Below the pieces are notes generated by a model. That model had not been told where the DNA came from, searched no databases, and saw only the letters and a program-made list of their open reading frames with translations. Of a stretch of DNA of 64,000 bases, positions 32,819 through 43,421 are shown one piece after another (position 1 is the first letter of the stretch; each line of letters opens with the position of its first letter). Source of the stretch: Escherichia coli (lineage in GTDB: Bacteria > Pseudomonadota > Gammaproteobacteria > Enterobacterales > Enterobacteriaceae); assembly GCF_044647545.1 (NCBI RefSeq), contig NZ_CP172818.1. One strand, written 5' to 3'. Position numbers and translations under genes: made by a program.

Positions 32819-34498
32819 ATGAAACAGAAAATTACGGATTACCTGGACGAAATCTACGGTGGAACATTTACCACAACTCATTTACAGAAACTTGTAACGC
32901 GTCTTGAGAGTGCGAAACGATTAATTACACTGCGACGTAAAAAACACTGGGATGAAAGTGATGTCGTGTTAATCACCTATGCCGATCAATTTCACAGTAA
33001 TGATTTAAAACCACTACCCACATTTAATCAGTTTTACCCTCAATGGCTGCAAAGCATTTTTTCACATGTTCATTTATTACCTTTTTATCCATGGTCATCT
33101 GATGATGGCTTTTCGGTAATTGATTATCAACAGGTCGCTAGTGAAGCGGGGGAGTGGCAGGATATTCAGCAACTCGGTGAATGCAGTCATTTAATGTTTG
33201 ATTTTGTCTGCAACCATATGTCGGCAAAAAGTGAATGGTTTAAAAACTATTTACAACAGCAGCCAGGTTTTGAAGATTTTTTTATTGCCGTTGACCCGCA
33301 AACCGATCTCAGCGTCGTCACTCGCCCGCGTGCGTTACCGTTATTAACGCCATTCCAGATGCGCGATCATTCAACGCGCCATTTATGGACCACCTTTAGT
33401 GACGATCAAATTGACCTGAATTACCGTAGCCCTGAAGTGTTACTGGCGATGGTGGATGTATTGCTGTGCTACCTGGAAAAGGGCGCAGAATATGTCCGTC
33501 TGGATGCCGTTGGCTTTATGTGGAAAGAGCCGGGAACAAGCTGCATCCATCTGGAAAAAACACATCTGATTATCAAACTGTTACGGTCGATTATTGATGA
33601 CGTAGCACCAGGTACAGTGATCATTACCGAGACCAATGTTCCGCACAGAGACAACATTGCTTACTTTGGCAACGGTGATGACGAAGCGCATATGGTGTAC
33701 CAGTTCTCGCTGCCGCCGCTGGTGCTGCATGCGGTGCAAAAACAGAACGTTGAGGCGCTTTGTGCGTGGGCGCAAAACCTGACACTACCTTCCAGCAACA
33801 CCACCTGGTTTAACTTCCTCGCCTCTCACGATGGCATCGGGCTTAACCCACTGCGTGGCTTGCTACCCGAAAGCGAAATATTAGCGCTGGTCGAGGCATT
33901 ACAGCAGGAAGGGGCATTAGTTAACTGGAAAAATAATCCCGACGGTACGCGTAGCCCGTATGAAATGAATGTCACTTATATGGATGCGTTAAACCGCCGC
34001 GAGAGTAGCGATGAAGAACGTTGCGCCAGGTTTATCCTTGCCCATGCGATTTTGTTAAGTTTCCCCGGTGTGCCAGCGATATATATTCAAAGTATTCTGG
34101 GCTCGCGTAATGATTACGCAGGTGTCGAAAAACTGGAATATAACCGTGCGATTAACCGTAAAAAATATTACAGTGAAGAGATCACGACCGAACTGAACAA
34201 TAAAACGACGTTAAGGCACGCGGTATATCATGAATTGTCGCGACTAATTAAAATTCGTCGAAGTCATAACGAGTTTCATCCAGATAATGATTTTACCATC
34301 GACACGGTTAATTCATCCGTAATGTGTATTCAAAGAAGCAACGCGGATGGTAATTGTCTGACAGGATTGTTTAATGTCAGTGAAAATATTCAGCATATAA
34401 ATATTACTGGCCTGCACGGTCGGGATCTGATTAGTGAAGTTGATATAGTGGGTAATGAAATAACGCTGCGCCCCTGGCAGGTTATGTGGATTAAATAA
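32819..34498 (+). CDS. ycjM: GH13 glycoside phosphorylase YcjM (glucosylglycerate phosphorylase)
   Basis: ORF 32792..34498; start at MKQKITDYLDE...; 559 aa; sucrose-phosphorylase-like. Confidence 0.92.
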   Translation: MKQKITDYLDEIYGGTFTTTHLQKLVTRLESAKRLITLRRKKHWDESDVVLITYADQFHSNDLKPLPTFNQFYPQWLQSIFSHVHLLPFYPWSSDDGFSVIDYQQVASEAGEWQDIQQLGECSHLMFDFVCNHMSAKSEWFKNYLQQQPGFEDFFIAVDPQTDLSVVTRPRALPLLTPFQMRDHSTRHLWTTFSDDQIDLNYRSPEVLLAMVDVLLCYLEKGAEYVRLDAVGFMWKEPGTSCIHLEKTHLIIKLLRSIIDDVAPGTVIITETNVPHRDNIAYFGNGDDEAHMVYQFSLPPLVLHAVQKQNVEALCAWAQNLTLPSSNTTWFNFLASHDGIGLNPLRGLLPESEILALVEALQQEGALVNWKNNPDGTRSPYEMNVTYMDALNRRESSDEERCARFILAHAILLSFPGVPAIYIQSILGSRNDYAGVEKLEYNRAINRKKYYSEEITTELNNKTTLRHAVYHELSRLIKIRRSHNEFHPDNDFTIDTVNSSVMCIQRSNADGNCLTGLFNVSENIQHINITGLHGRDLISEVDIVGNEITLRPWQVMWIK

Positions 34499-34511
34499 AA
34501 AGGAACATCTC

Positions 34512-35804
34512 ATGATTAAATCAAAAATCGTGCTGTTATCAGCACTGGTTTCCTGCGCCCTGATTTCAGGTTGTAAAGAAGAAAATAAAACGAATGTCTC
34601 CATTGAGTTTATGCATTCTTCGGTGGAACAGGAACGCCAGGCGGTAATTAGTCAGTTAATTGCGCGTTTTGAAAAAGAAAACCCGGGCATCACCGTTAAA
34701 CAAGTGCCCGTGGAAGAAGACGCCTATAACACCAAAGTCATTACCCTTTCACGTAGTGGTTCGCTGCCGGAAGTGATCGAAACCAGCCATGACTACGCCA
34801 AAGTTATGGACAAAGAGCAGCTTATCGATCGCCTGGCGGTTGCCACGGTCATCAGCAACGTCGGTGAAGGCGCGTTCTACGATGGCGTTCTGCGGATTGT
34901 GCGCACCGAAGATGGTAGCGCATGGACCGGTGTTCCTGTCAGCGCCTGGATTGGCGGCATCTGGTATCGCAAAGATGTGCTGGCAAAAGCCGGGCTGGAT
35001 GAGCCGAAAAACTGGCAACAGTTGCTGGATGTCGCACAGAAACTGAACGATCCGGCGAATAAAAAATACGGTATTGCACTGCCGACGGCAGAAAGCGTGC
35101 TGACGGAGCAATCTTTCTCCCAGTTTGCGTTATCCAATCAGGCTAACGTCTTTAACGCCGAAGGCAAAATCACCCTTGATACCCCAGAGATGATGCAGGC
35201 GCTGACCTATTACCGCGACCTTGCTGCCAACACCATGCCGGGTTCTAACGACATTATGGAAGTGAAAGACGCCTTTATGAACGGCACCGCGCCGATGGCG
35301 ATTTACTCCACCTATATCCTTCCGGCTGTGATTAAAGAAGGCGACCCGAAAAATGTCGGTTTCGTGGTGCCAACCGAGAAAAACTCGGCGGTCTACGGCA
35401 TGTTGACCTCGCTAACCATTACCGCCGGGCAAAAGAGCGAAGAGACGGAGGCGGCGGAAAAATTTGTCACCTTTATGGAGCAGGCGGACAACATTGCCGA
35501 CTGGGTGATGATGTCGCCAGGCGCGGCGCTGCCGGTGAACAAAGCGGTTGTGACGACTGCCACCTGGAAAGATAACGACGTGATTAAGGCGCTGGGAGAC
35601 TTGCCGAATCAGTTGATTAGCGAACTGCCAAATATTCAGGTCTTTGGCGCAGTAGGGGATAAAAACTTTACCCGCATGGGCGATGTGACGGGGTCTGGCG
35701 TGGTGAGTTCAATGGTGCATAACGTCACCGTGGGGAAAGCCGATCTCCCTGGCACGCTGCAAGCGAGCCAGAAAAAGCTGGATGAACTGATCGAACAGCA
35801 CTAA
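34512..35804 (+). CDS. ycjN: ABC transporter periplasmic sugar-binding protein YcjN
   Basis: 430-aa ORF with lipoprotein-type signal (LISGC). Confidence 0.92.
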   Translation: MIKSKIVLLSALVSCALISGCKEENKTNVSIEFMHSSVEQERQAVISQLIARFEKENPGITVKQVPVEEDAYNTKVITLSRSGSLPEVIETSHDYAKVMDKEQLIDRLAVATVISNVGEGAFYDGVLRIVRTEDGSAWTGVPVSAWIGGIWYRKDVLAKAGLDEPKNWQQLLDVAQKLNDPANKKYGIALPTAESVLTEQSFSQFALSNQANVFNAEGKITLDTPEMMQALTYYRDLAANTMPGSNDIMEVKDAFMNGTAPMAIYSTYILPAVIKEGDPKNVGFVVPTEKNSAVYGMLTSLTITAGQKSEETEAAEKFVTFMEQADNIADWVMMSPGAALPVNKAVVTTATWKDNDVIKALGDLPNQLISELPNIQVFGAVGDKNFTRMGDVTGSGVVSSMVHNVTVGKADLPGTLQASQKKLDELIEQH

Positions 35805-35824
35805 ACCCAGGACAGGAATCCGCA

Positions 35825-36706
35825 ATGAACAGGCTTTTTTCAGGTCGTTCCGATATGCCTTTTGCACTGCTGCTTCTCGCGCCCAGCTTATTACTGCTGG
35901 GCGGTCTGGTGGCGTGGCCGATGGTGTCGAATATCGAAATCAGTTTTTTACGTCTGCCGCTCAATCCCAACATCGAGTCAACCTTTGTTGGGGTGAGTAA
36001 CTATGTGCGTATTCTCTCCGATCCCGGCTTCTGGCACTCGCTGTGGATGACGGTCTGGTATACCGCGCTGGTGGTGGCGGGCAGCACCGTGCTCGGGCTG
36101 GCCGTGGCGATGTTTTTCAACCGCGAGTTCCGCCTGCGCAAAACCGCGCGTTCGCTGGTGATCCTCTCCTACGTAACGCCGTCTATTTCGCTGGTGTTCG
36201 CCTGGAAATACATGTTCAACAACGGTTACGGCATTGTGAACTACCTCGGCGTCGATCTTCTGCATCTCTATGAGCAGGCACCGCTGTGGTTCGATAATCC
36301 GGGCAGTAGCTTTGTGCTGGTGGTGCTGTTCGCCATCTGGCGCTACTTCCCCTATGCCTTTATTTCGTTTCTGGCGATTTTGCAGACCATCGACAAATCG
36401 CTGTACGAAGCGGCAGAGATGGATGGCGCTAATGCCTGGCAACGGTTTCGTATCGTCACGCTGCCCGCGATTATGCCGGTCCTGGCGACGGTGGTGACCC
36501 TGCGCACCATCTGGATGTTCTACATGTTCGCGGATGTTTATCTGCTGACGACCAAGGTCGATATTCTCGGTGTCTATCTCTACAAAACCGCCTTTGCCTT
36601 TAATGACTTAGGGAAAGCGGCGGCGATCTCGGTGGTGCTCTTCATCATTATTTTCGCTGTCATTCTGCTGACCAGGAAACGGGTGAACCTCAATGGCAAC
36701 AAATAA
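35825..36706 (+). CDS. ycjO: ABC transporter permease YcjO (MalF-like)
   Basis: 293-aa polytopic membrane ORF. Confidence 0.92.
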   Translation: MNRLFSGRSDMPFALLLLAPSLLLLGGLVAWPMVSNIEISFLRLPLNPNIESTFVGVSNYVRILSDPGFWHSLWMTVWYTALVVAGSTVLGLAVAMFFNREFRLRKTARSLVILSYVTPSISLVFAWKYMFNNGYGIVNYLGVDLLHLYEQAPLWFDNPGSSFVLVVLFAIWRYFPYAFISFLAILQTIDKSLYEAAEMDGANAWQRFRIVTLPAIMPVLATVVTLRTIWMFYMFADVYLLTTKVDILGVYLYKTAFAFNDLGKAAAISVVLFIIIFAVILLTRKRVNLNGNK

Positions 36707-37535
36707 ACGCACACTCAGTCGCATCGGTTTTTACTGCGGGCTGGCGCTGTTTCTCATCATCACGCTGTTTCCGTTTTTTGTGATGCTGATGACCTCGTTC
36801 AAGAGCGCAAAAGAGGCGATCTCGCTGCATCCTACGCTGCTGCCGCAGCAGTGGACGCTGGAGCATTATGTCGACATTTTTAACCCGATGATTTTCCCGT
36901 TTGTCGATTATTTCCGTAACAGCATGGTGGTGTCGGTAGTTTCATCCGTGATAGCAGTATTTCTCGGCATTCTCGGGGCTTACGCGCTTTCCCGCCTGCG
37001 CTTTAAAGGGCGAATGACCATCAACGCCAGCTTCTACACGGTGTACATGTTCTCCGGCATTTTGCTGGTGGTGCCGCTGTTCAAAATCATCACCGCGCTT
37101 GGCGTTTACGACACCGAGATGGCGCTGATCATCACCATGGTTACGCAAACCCTGCCTACCGCCGTGTTTATGCTGAAAAGCTACTTCGACACCATCCCCG
37201 ATGAAATCGAAGAAGCGGCGATGATGGATGGCCTCAACCGGCTGCAAATCATCTTCCGCATCACGGTACCGCTGGCGATGTCCGGGCTGATATCCGTATT
37301 CGTCTACTGCTTTATGGTGGCATGGAACGACTATCTGTTTGCGTCGATTTTCCTCTCCAGCGCCAGCAATTTCACCTTACCAGTCGGCCTGAACGCGCTG
37401 TTCAGTACGCCTGATTACATCTGGGGACGGATGATGGCGGCCTCGCTGGTGACCGCATTGCCGGTGGTGATTATGTATGCGCTTTCGGAGCGTTTTATTA
37501 AGAGTGGTTTGACCGCCGGTGGCGTGAAGGGCTAA
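36693..37535 (+). CDS. ycjP: ABC transporter permease YcjP (MalG-like)
   Basis: 280-aa polytopic membrane ORF; overlaps the ycjO stop. Confidence 0.92.
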   Translation: MATNKRTLSRIGFYCGLALFLIITLFPFFVMLMTSFKSAKEAISLHPTLLPQQWTLEHYVDIFNPMIFPFVDYFRNSMVVSVVSSVIAVFLGILGAYALSRLRFKGRMTINASFYTVYMFSGILLVVPLFKIITALGVYDTEMALIITMVTQTLPTAVFMLKSYFDTIPDEIEEAAMMDGLNRLQIIFRITVPLAMSGLISVFVYCFMVAWNDYLFASIFLSSASNFTLPVGLNALFSTPDYIWGRMMAASLVTALPVVIMYALSERFIKSGLTAGGVKG

Positions 37536-37565
37536 AGCGGCCAGTTTCTTGACAAGGAGTTTTAC

Positions 37566-38618
37566 ATGAAAAAGTTAGTAGCCACAGCACCGCGCGTTGC
37601 CGCGCTGGTTGAGTATGAAGATCGGGCGATTTTAGCCAATGAAGTGAAGATCCGCGTGCGTTTCGGCGCACCGAAACACGGAACGGAAGTGGTCGACTTC
37701 CGCGCCGCCAGCCCGTTTATCGATGAAGACTTTAACGGCGAGTGGCAGATGTTCACCCCGCGTCCCGCAGATGCGCCGCGCGGCATTGAGTTTGGCAAAT
37801 TCCAGCTTGGCAACATGGTGGTTGGCGACATTATCGAGTGCGGCAGCGACGTTACCGACTACGCGGTGGGCGACAGCGTATGCGGCTACGGCCCGCTCTC
37901 CGAGACGGTCATCATTAACGCAGTGAATAACTACAAGCTGCGCAAAATGCCGCAAGGCAGCTCCTGGAAAAACGCCGTCTGTTACGACCCGGCGCAGTTT
38001 GCCATGAGCGGCGTGCGCGATGCCAACGTACGCGTAGGGGATTTTGTCGTGGTGGTAGGGCTTGGCGCGATCGGTCAAATTGCCATCCAACTGGCAAAAC
38101 GCGCTGGCGCGTCGGTGGTAATTGGCGTCGATCCTATTACCCGTCGTTGTGAGATTGCCCGTCGCCACGGTGCGGATTTCTGTCTTAACCCCATTGGCGC
38201 TGACGTAGGTAAAGAGATCAAAACGCTGACCGGCAAGCAGGGTGCCGATGTGATTATCGAAACCAGCGGCTACGCCGACGCGCTGCAATCGGCACTTCGC
38301 GGCCTGGCATATGGCGGCACCATCTCGTATGTCGCATTTGCCAAACCATTTGCCGAAGGTTTCAACCTCGGACGTGAAGCCCATTTCAACAACGCCAAAA
38401 TTGTCTTCTCTCGTGCGTGCAGTGAACCGAACCCGGATTATCCGCGCTGGAGTCGCAAGCGTATTGAAGAAACCTGCTGGGAATTGCTGATGAACGGTTA
38501 TCTCAATTGTGAAGATTTGATCGACCCGGTGGTGACCTTTGCCAATAGCCCGGAAAGCTACATGCAGTATGTCGATCAGCATCCGGAACAGAGCATCAAA
38601 ATGGGCGTTACGTTTTAA
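37566..38618 (+). CDS. ycjQ: Zn-dependent sugar dehydrogenase YcjQ (MDR family)
   Basis: 350-aa ORF with Rossmann motif GLGAIGQ. Confidence 0.92.
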   Translation: MKKLVATAPRVAALVEYEDRAILANEVKIRVRFGAPKHGTEVVDFRAASPFIDEDFNGEWQMFTPRPADAPRGIEFGKFQLGNMVVGDIIECGSDVTDYAVGDSVCGYGPLSETVIINAVNNYKLRKMPQGSSWKNAVCYDPAQFAMSGVRDANVRVGDFVVVVGLGAIGQIAIQLAKRAGASVVIGVDPITRRCEIARRHGADFCLNPIGADVGKEIKTLTGKQGADVIIETSGYADALQSALRGLAYGGTISYVAFAKPFAEGFNLGREAHFNNAKIVFSRACSEPNPDYPRWSRKRIEETCWELLMNGYLNCEDLIDPVVTFANSPESYMQYVDQHPEQSIKMGVTF

Positions 38619-38635
38619 TTCAAAGGAATGAAAAA

Positions 38636-39424
38636 ATGAAAATAGGCACACAGAATCAGGCATTCTTTCCGGAAAATATTCTGGAGAAATTTCGTTATAT
38701 CAAAGAGATGGGCTTCGATGGTTTTGAGATTGACGGCAAACTGCTGGTCAACAACATCGAAGAAGTCAAAGCGGCAATCAAAGAAACCGGCTTACCGGTG
38801 ACCACCGCCTGCGGCGGCTATGACGGCTGGATTGGCGACTTTATCGAAGAGCGTCGTCTTAATGGCTTAAAGCAGATCGAACGCATTCTTGAAGCGCTGG
38901 CCGAAGTGGGCGGTAAAGGTATCGTCGTTCCTGCTGCATGGGGCATGTTTACCTTCCGTTTACCGCCGATGACCTCGCCGCGCAGCCTGGATGGCGACCG
39001 CAAAATGGTGAGTGATTCCCTGCGCGTACTGGAGCAGGTGGCAGCGCGTACCGGAACCGTGGTGTATCTCGAACCGTTAAACCGTTATCAGGATCACATG
39101 ATCAACACCCTCGCCGATGCCCGCCGTTACATCGTCGAAAACGATCTTAAACATGTACAGATTATCGGCGATTTCTATCACATGAATATCGAAGAAGATA
39201 ACCTGGCGCAGGCGTTGCACGACAACCGCGACTTGCTCGGTCATGTGCATATTGCCGATAACCATCGTTACCAGCCGGGCAGCGGCACCCTCGATTTCCA
39301 CGCGCTGTTTGAACAGCTGCGCGCCGATAACTATCAGGGTTATGTGGTGTATGAAGGGCGTATCCGGGCAGAAGATCCTGCCCAGGCGTACCGTGATTCT
39401 TTGGCCTGGGTGCGTACCTGCTAA
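38636..39424 (+). CDS. ycjR: Sugar phosphate isomerase/epimerase YcjR (xylose-isomerase-like TIM barrel)
   Basis: 262-aa ORF. Confidence 0.92.
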   Translation: MKIGTQNQAFFPENILEKFRYIKEMGFDGFEIDGKLLVNNIEEVKAAIKETGLPVTTACGGYDGWIGDFIEERRLNGLKQIERILEALAEVGGKGIVVPAAWGMFTFRLPPMTSPRSLDGDRKMVSDSLRVLEQVAARTGTVVYLEPLNRYQDHMINTLADARRYIVENDLKHVQIIGDFYHMNIEEDNLAQALHDNRDLLGHVHIADNHRYQPGSGTLDFHALFEQLRADNYQGYVVYEGRIRAEDPAQAYRDSLAWVRTC

Positions 39425-39433
39425 GAGGTCTTT

Positions 39434-40489
39434 GTGAAAAGTGCAATGACAAGCTCTCCGCTGCGAGTCGCGATCATAGGCGCGGGCCAGGTGGCGGATA
39501 AAGTTCATGCTTCGTACTACTGCACCCGCAACGATCTGGAACTGGTGGCTGTCTGTGACAGCCGCCTTTCCCAGGCGCAGGCGCTGGCAGAAAAATACGG
39601 GAATGCATCCGTGTGGGACGATCCGCAGGCCATGCTGCTGGCGGTGAAACCTGATGTGGTTAGCGTCTGCTCACCTAACCGTTTTCATTACGAACATACC
39701 CTGATGGCGCTGGAAGCGGGCTGCCATGTGATGTGCGAAAAACCGCCCGCCATGACGCCAGAACAAGCGCGGGAAATGTGCGATACCGCGCGCAAACAGG
39801 GCAAGGTGCTGGCCTACGACTTTCACCATCGTTTTGCACTCGATACGCAACAGCTGCGTGAACAGGTGACCAACGGCGTTTTGGGAGAGATTTACGTTAC
39901 CACCGCCCGCGCCCTGCGTCGCTGCGGTGTTCCCGGCTGGGGTGTCTTTACTAATAAAGAATTGCAGGGCGGCGGGCCGCTTATTGACATCGGCATTCAT
40001 ATGCTGGATGCGGCGATGTATGTACTGGGCTTTCCGGCGGTGAAAAGCGTGACCGCGCATAGCTTTCAAAAGATCGGAACGCAAAAGAGCTGCGGTCAAT
40101 TTGGCGAGTGGGACCCGGCAACCTACAGCGTCGAAGATTCGCTGTTTGGCACCATTGAATTTCATAACGGCGGCATTCTGTGGCTTGAGACCTCATTTGC
40201 ACTCAACATCCGCGAACAGTCGATTATGAACGTCAGCTTTTGTGGTGATAAAGCCGGGGCGACGCTGTTTCCAGCACATATCTACACCGATAACAACGGT
40301 GAGTTAATGACGCTGATGCAACGGGAAATGGCAGACGACAACCGTCATCTGCGCAGTATGGAAGCCTTTATCAACCACGTACAAGGTAAGCCCGTGATGA
40401 TAGCCGACGCCGAGCAGGGGTACATCATCCAGCAACTGGTGGCGGCGTTGTATCAATCCGCAGAAACAGGAACGCGTGTGGAATTATGA
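39434..40489 (+). CDS. ycjS: Gfo/Idh/MocA-family NAD-dependent oxidoreductase YcjS
   Basis: 351-aa ORF, GTG start; N-terminal Rossmann VAIIGAGQVA. Confidence 0.92.
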   Translation: MKSAMTSSPLRVAIIGAGQVADKVHASYYCTRNDLELVAVCDSRLSQAQALAEKYGNASVWDDPQAMLLAVKPDVVSVCSPNRFHYEHTLMALEAGCHVMCEKPPAMTPEQAREMCDTARKQGKVLAYDFHHRFALDTQQLREQVTNGVLGEIYVTTARALRRCGVPGWGVFTNKELQGGGPLIDIGIHMLDAAMYVLGFPAVKSVTAHSFQKIGTQKSCGQFGEWDPATYSVEDSLFGTIEFHNGGILWLETSFALNIREQSIMNVSFCGDKAGATLFPAHIYTDNNGELMTLMQREMADDNRHLRSMEAFINHVQGKPVMIADAEQGYIIQQLVAALYQSAETGTRVEL

Positions 40490-42752
40490 CCAGGCCAGTA
40501 ACGTTAACGGAACCCCATTTCAGCCAGCATACCCTGAACAAGTATGCTTCGCTGATGGCGCAGGGGAACGGCTATCTTGGGCTTCGCGCCAGCCATGAAG
40601 AAGATTATACGCGCCAGACACGCGGTATGTATCTGGCGGGGCTTTATCATCGCGCGGGGAAAATGACATCAACGAACTGGTGAACCTGCCTGACGTCATA
40701 GGGATGGAGATTACCTTGAATGGTGAACTTTTTGCGCTATCCCGCGAAACGTGGCAGCGCGAGCTTGACTTCGCCAGTGGTGAATTACGTCGCAATGTCG
40801 TCTGGTCTTCAGCCAGCGGCGCACGTTATGCCATTGCCAGCCGTCGCTTTGTTTCGGCAGAACAACTGCCGCTGATGGCGCTGGAAATCAGCATTACGCC
40901 GCTGGACGCTGACGCGTCAGTGCTGATTTCAACAGGCATTGACGCCACGCAAACCAACCACGGACGACAACATCTCGACGAAACCCAGGTGCGGGTGTTT
41001 GGTCAGCATTTGATGCAGGGGATCTATACCACTCAGGATGGACGCAGTGATGTGGCCATCAGCTGTTGCTGCCAGGTGAGCGGTGACGTGCAGCAATGCT
41101 ATACCGCCAAAGAGCGCCGCTTGCTGCAACATACCAGTGCACAACTACCTGCGGGCAAAACGCTGACGCTGCAAAAACGGGTGTGGATCGACTGGCGGGA
41201 CGACAGACACGTCGCTTTAGACGAGTGGGGTAGTGCATCGCTTCGTCAGCTTGAAATGTGTGTACAGCAGAGTTACGACCAACTTCTTGCAGCATCCACA
41301 GAAAACTGGCGTCAATGGTGGCAGAAACGTCGTATCACGGTAAACGGTGGCGATGCGCACGATCAGCAAGCGTTAGATTATGCGCTTTATCACCTACGCA
41401 TCATGACGCCTGCTCACGACGAGCGCAGCAGTATTGCGGCAAAAGGTTTGACCGGGGAAGGCTACAAAGGCCACGTTTTCTGGGATACGGAAGTATTTTT
41501 ACTGCCGTTCCATCTGTTTAGCGAACCGACGATTGCCAGAAGTTTACTGCGTTATCGCTGGCACAACTTGCCAGGCGCGCAGGAGAAAGCGCGACGCAAC
41601 GGCTGGCAGGGCGCGCTATTTCCGTGGGAAAGCGCGCGCAGCGGCGAAGAAGAGACGCCGGAATTTGCCGCCATTAACATTCGCACCGGGCTGCGGCAAA
41701 AAGTGGCCTCGGCGCAGGCGGAACATCATCTGGTCGCCGATATCGCCTGGGCGGTTGTTCAATACTGGCAGACCACGGGGGATGAAAGTTTCATTGCTCA
41801 TGAAGGCATGGCGCTACTTCTGGAAACTGCAAAGTTCTGGATTAGCCGCACGGTGAGGGTTAACGACCGTCTGGAAATTCATGATGTTATTGGGCCAGAC
41901 GAATATACCGAACATGTCAATAATAACGCCTTCACCAGCTATATGGCGTATTACAACGTCCAGCAGGCGCTGAACATCGCTCGTCAATTTGGCTGTAGCG
42001 ACGATGCGTTTATCCATCGCGCCGAAATGTTCCTTAAAGAACTGCGGCTGCCAGAAATTCAGCCCGACCGCGTTTTGCCGCAGGATGATTCGTTTATGGC
42101 GAAACCAGCGATTAATCTGGCGAAATACAAAGCGGCGGCGGGGAAGCAAACCATTCTGCTGGATTATTCACGCGCAGAAGTGAACGAGATGCAGATCCTC
42201 AAACAAGCTGATGTGGTGATGCTCAATTACATGCTGCCGGAGCAGTACTCAGCGGCATCGTGTCTTGCCAATCTGCAATTTTATGAACCGCGCACCATTC
42301 ACGACTCTTCACTGAGTAAAGCGATCCACGGCATTGTTGCCGCACGCTGTGGCCTGTTGGCGCAAAGTTATCAGTTCTGGCGGGAGGGGACTGAAATCGA
42401 TCTTGGTGCTGATCCGCATAGCTGTGATGACGGTATCCACGCTGCCGCAACTGGCGCAATCTGGTTGGGGGCGATTCAGGGTTTTGCCGGGGCGAGCGTG
42501 CGCAACGGTGAATTACATCTCAATCCGGCGTTACCTGAGCAGTGGCAACAGTTGTCTTTCCCTCTGTTCTGGCAGGGCTGTGAATTACAGGTCACTCTTG
42601 ACGCGCAGCGCATTGCGATTCGGACTTCTGCGCCAGTTTCACTGCGTTTGAACGGTCAGCTTATTTCAGTCTCTGAAGAATCTGTTTTCTGTTTAGGGGA
42701 TTTTATTTTGCCCTTCAATGGGACCGCTACCACGCATCAGGAGGGTGAATGA
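40486..42752 (+). pseudogene. ycjT: GH65 glycoside phosphorylase YcjT (kojibiose phosphorylase), interrupted by a 1-nt frameshift near 40656..40663
   Basis: ORFs 40486..40683 (65 aa) and 40680..42752 (690 aa) are two halves of one gene in frames +1 and +3; one extra base in the GGGGAAAA run would give a continuous ~755-aa protein. Confidence 0.8.
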
Positions 42753-43408
42753 AACTGCAAGGGGTAATTTTCGATCTGGATGGAGTAATCACCGATACCG
42801 CACATCTGCATTTCCAGGCGTGGCAGCAGATTGCCGCTGAAATTGGCATCAGCATTGATGCGCAGTTTAACGAATTCCTAAAAGGGATCAGCCGCGATGA
42901 GTCCCTGCGGCGAATTCTGCAGCACGGGGGTAAAGAGGGCGATTTTAACCCACAGGAACGGGCGCAACTGGCGTATCGCAAAAATCTGCTTTACGTCCAC
43001 TCACTGCGCGAACTGACGGTTAATGCTGTGCTGCCTGGCATTCACAATTTGCTGGTAGAGCTCCGAGCACAGCAGATTCCGGTTGGGCTGGCTTCTGTCT
43101 CCCTGAATGCGCCGACGATTTTAGCAGCGCTGGAGCTGCGCGAGTTTTTCACCTTCTGCGCGGACGCTTCCCAACTCAAAAATTCGAAACCGGACCCGGA
43201 AATCTTTCTCGCCGCCTGTGCAGGGCTGGGCGTGCCGCCACAGGCATGTATCGGCATTGAAGATGCGCAGGCGGGCATTGAAGCCATTAACGCCAGCGGT
43301 ATGCGCTCGGTGGGGATCGGCGCGGGCTTAACCGGGGCGCAATTGCTGTTGCCCTCAACGGAATCTCTCACATGGTCGCGGTTATCGGCCTTCTGGCAAA
43401 ACGTATAG
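42749..43408 (+). CDS. ycjU: Beta-phosphoglucomutase YcjU (HAD superfamily)
   Basis: 219-aa ORF with HAD motif I ([10 protein letters not shown]). Confidence 0.95.
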   Translation: MKLQGVIFDLDGVITDTAHLHFQAWQQIAAEIGISIDAQFNEFLKGISRDESLRRILQHGGKEGDFNPQERAQLAYRKNLLYVHSLRELTVNAVLPGIHNLLVELRAQQIPVGLASVSLNAPTILAALELREFFTFCADASQLKNSKPDPEIFLAACAGLGVPPQACIGIEDAQAGIEAINASGMRSVGIGAGLTGAQLLLPSTESLTWSRLSAFWQNV

Positions 43409-43421
43409 CAAAGGAATCAAC

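Noticed and set aside
37632-38663. 343-aa ORF on the minus strand covering ycjQ
   Set aside because: Antisense shadow ORF of ycjQ; no start context; the sense-strand product is a recognisable MDR-family dehydrogenase.
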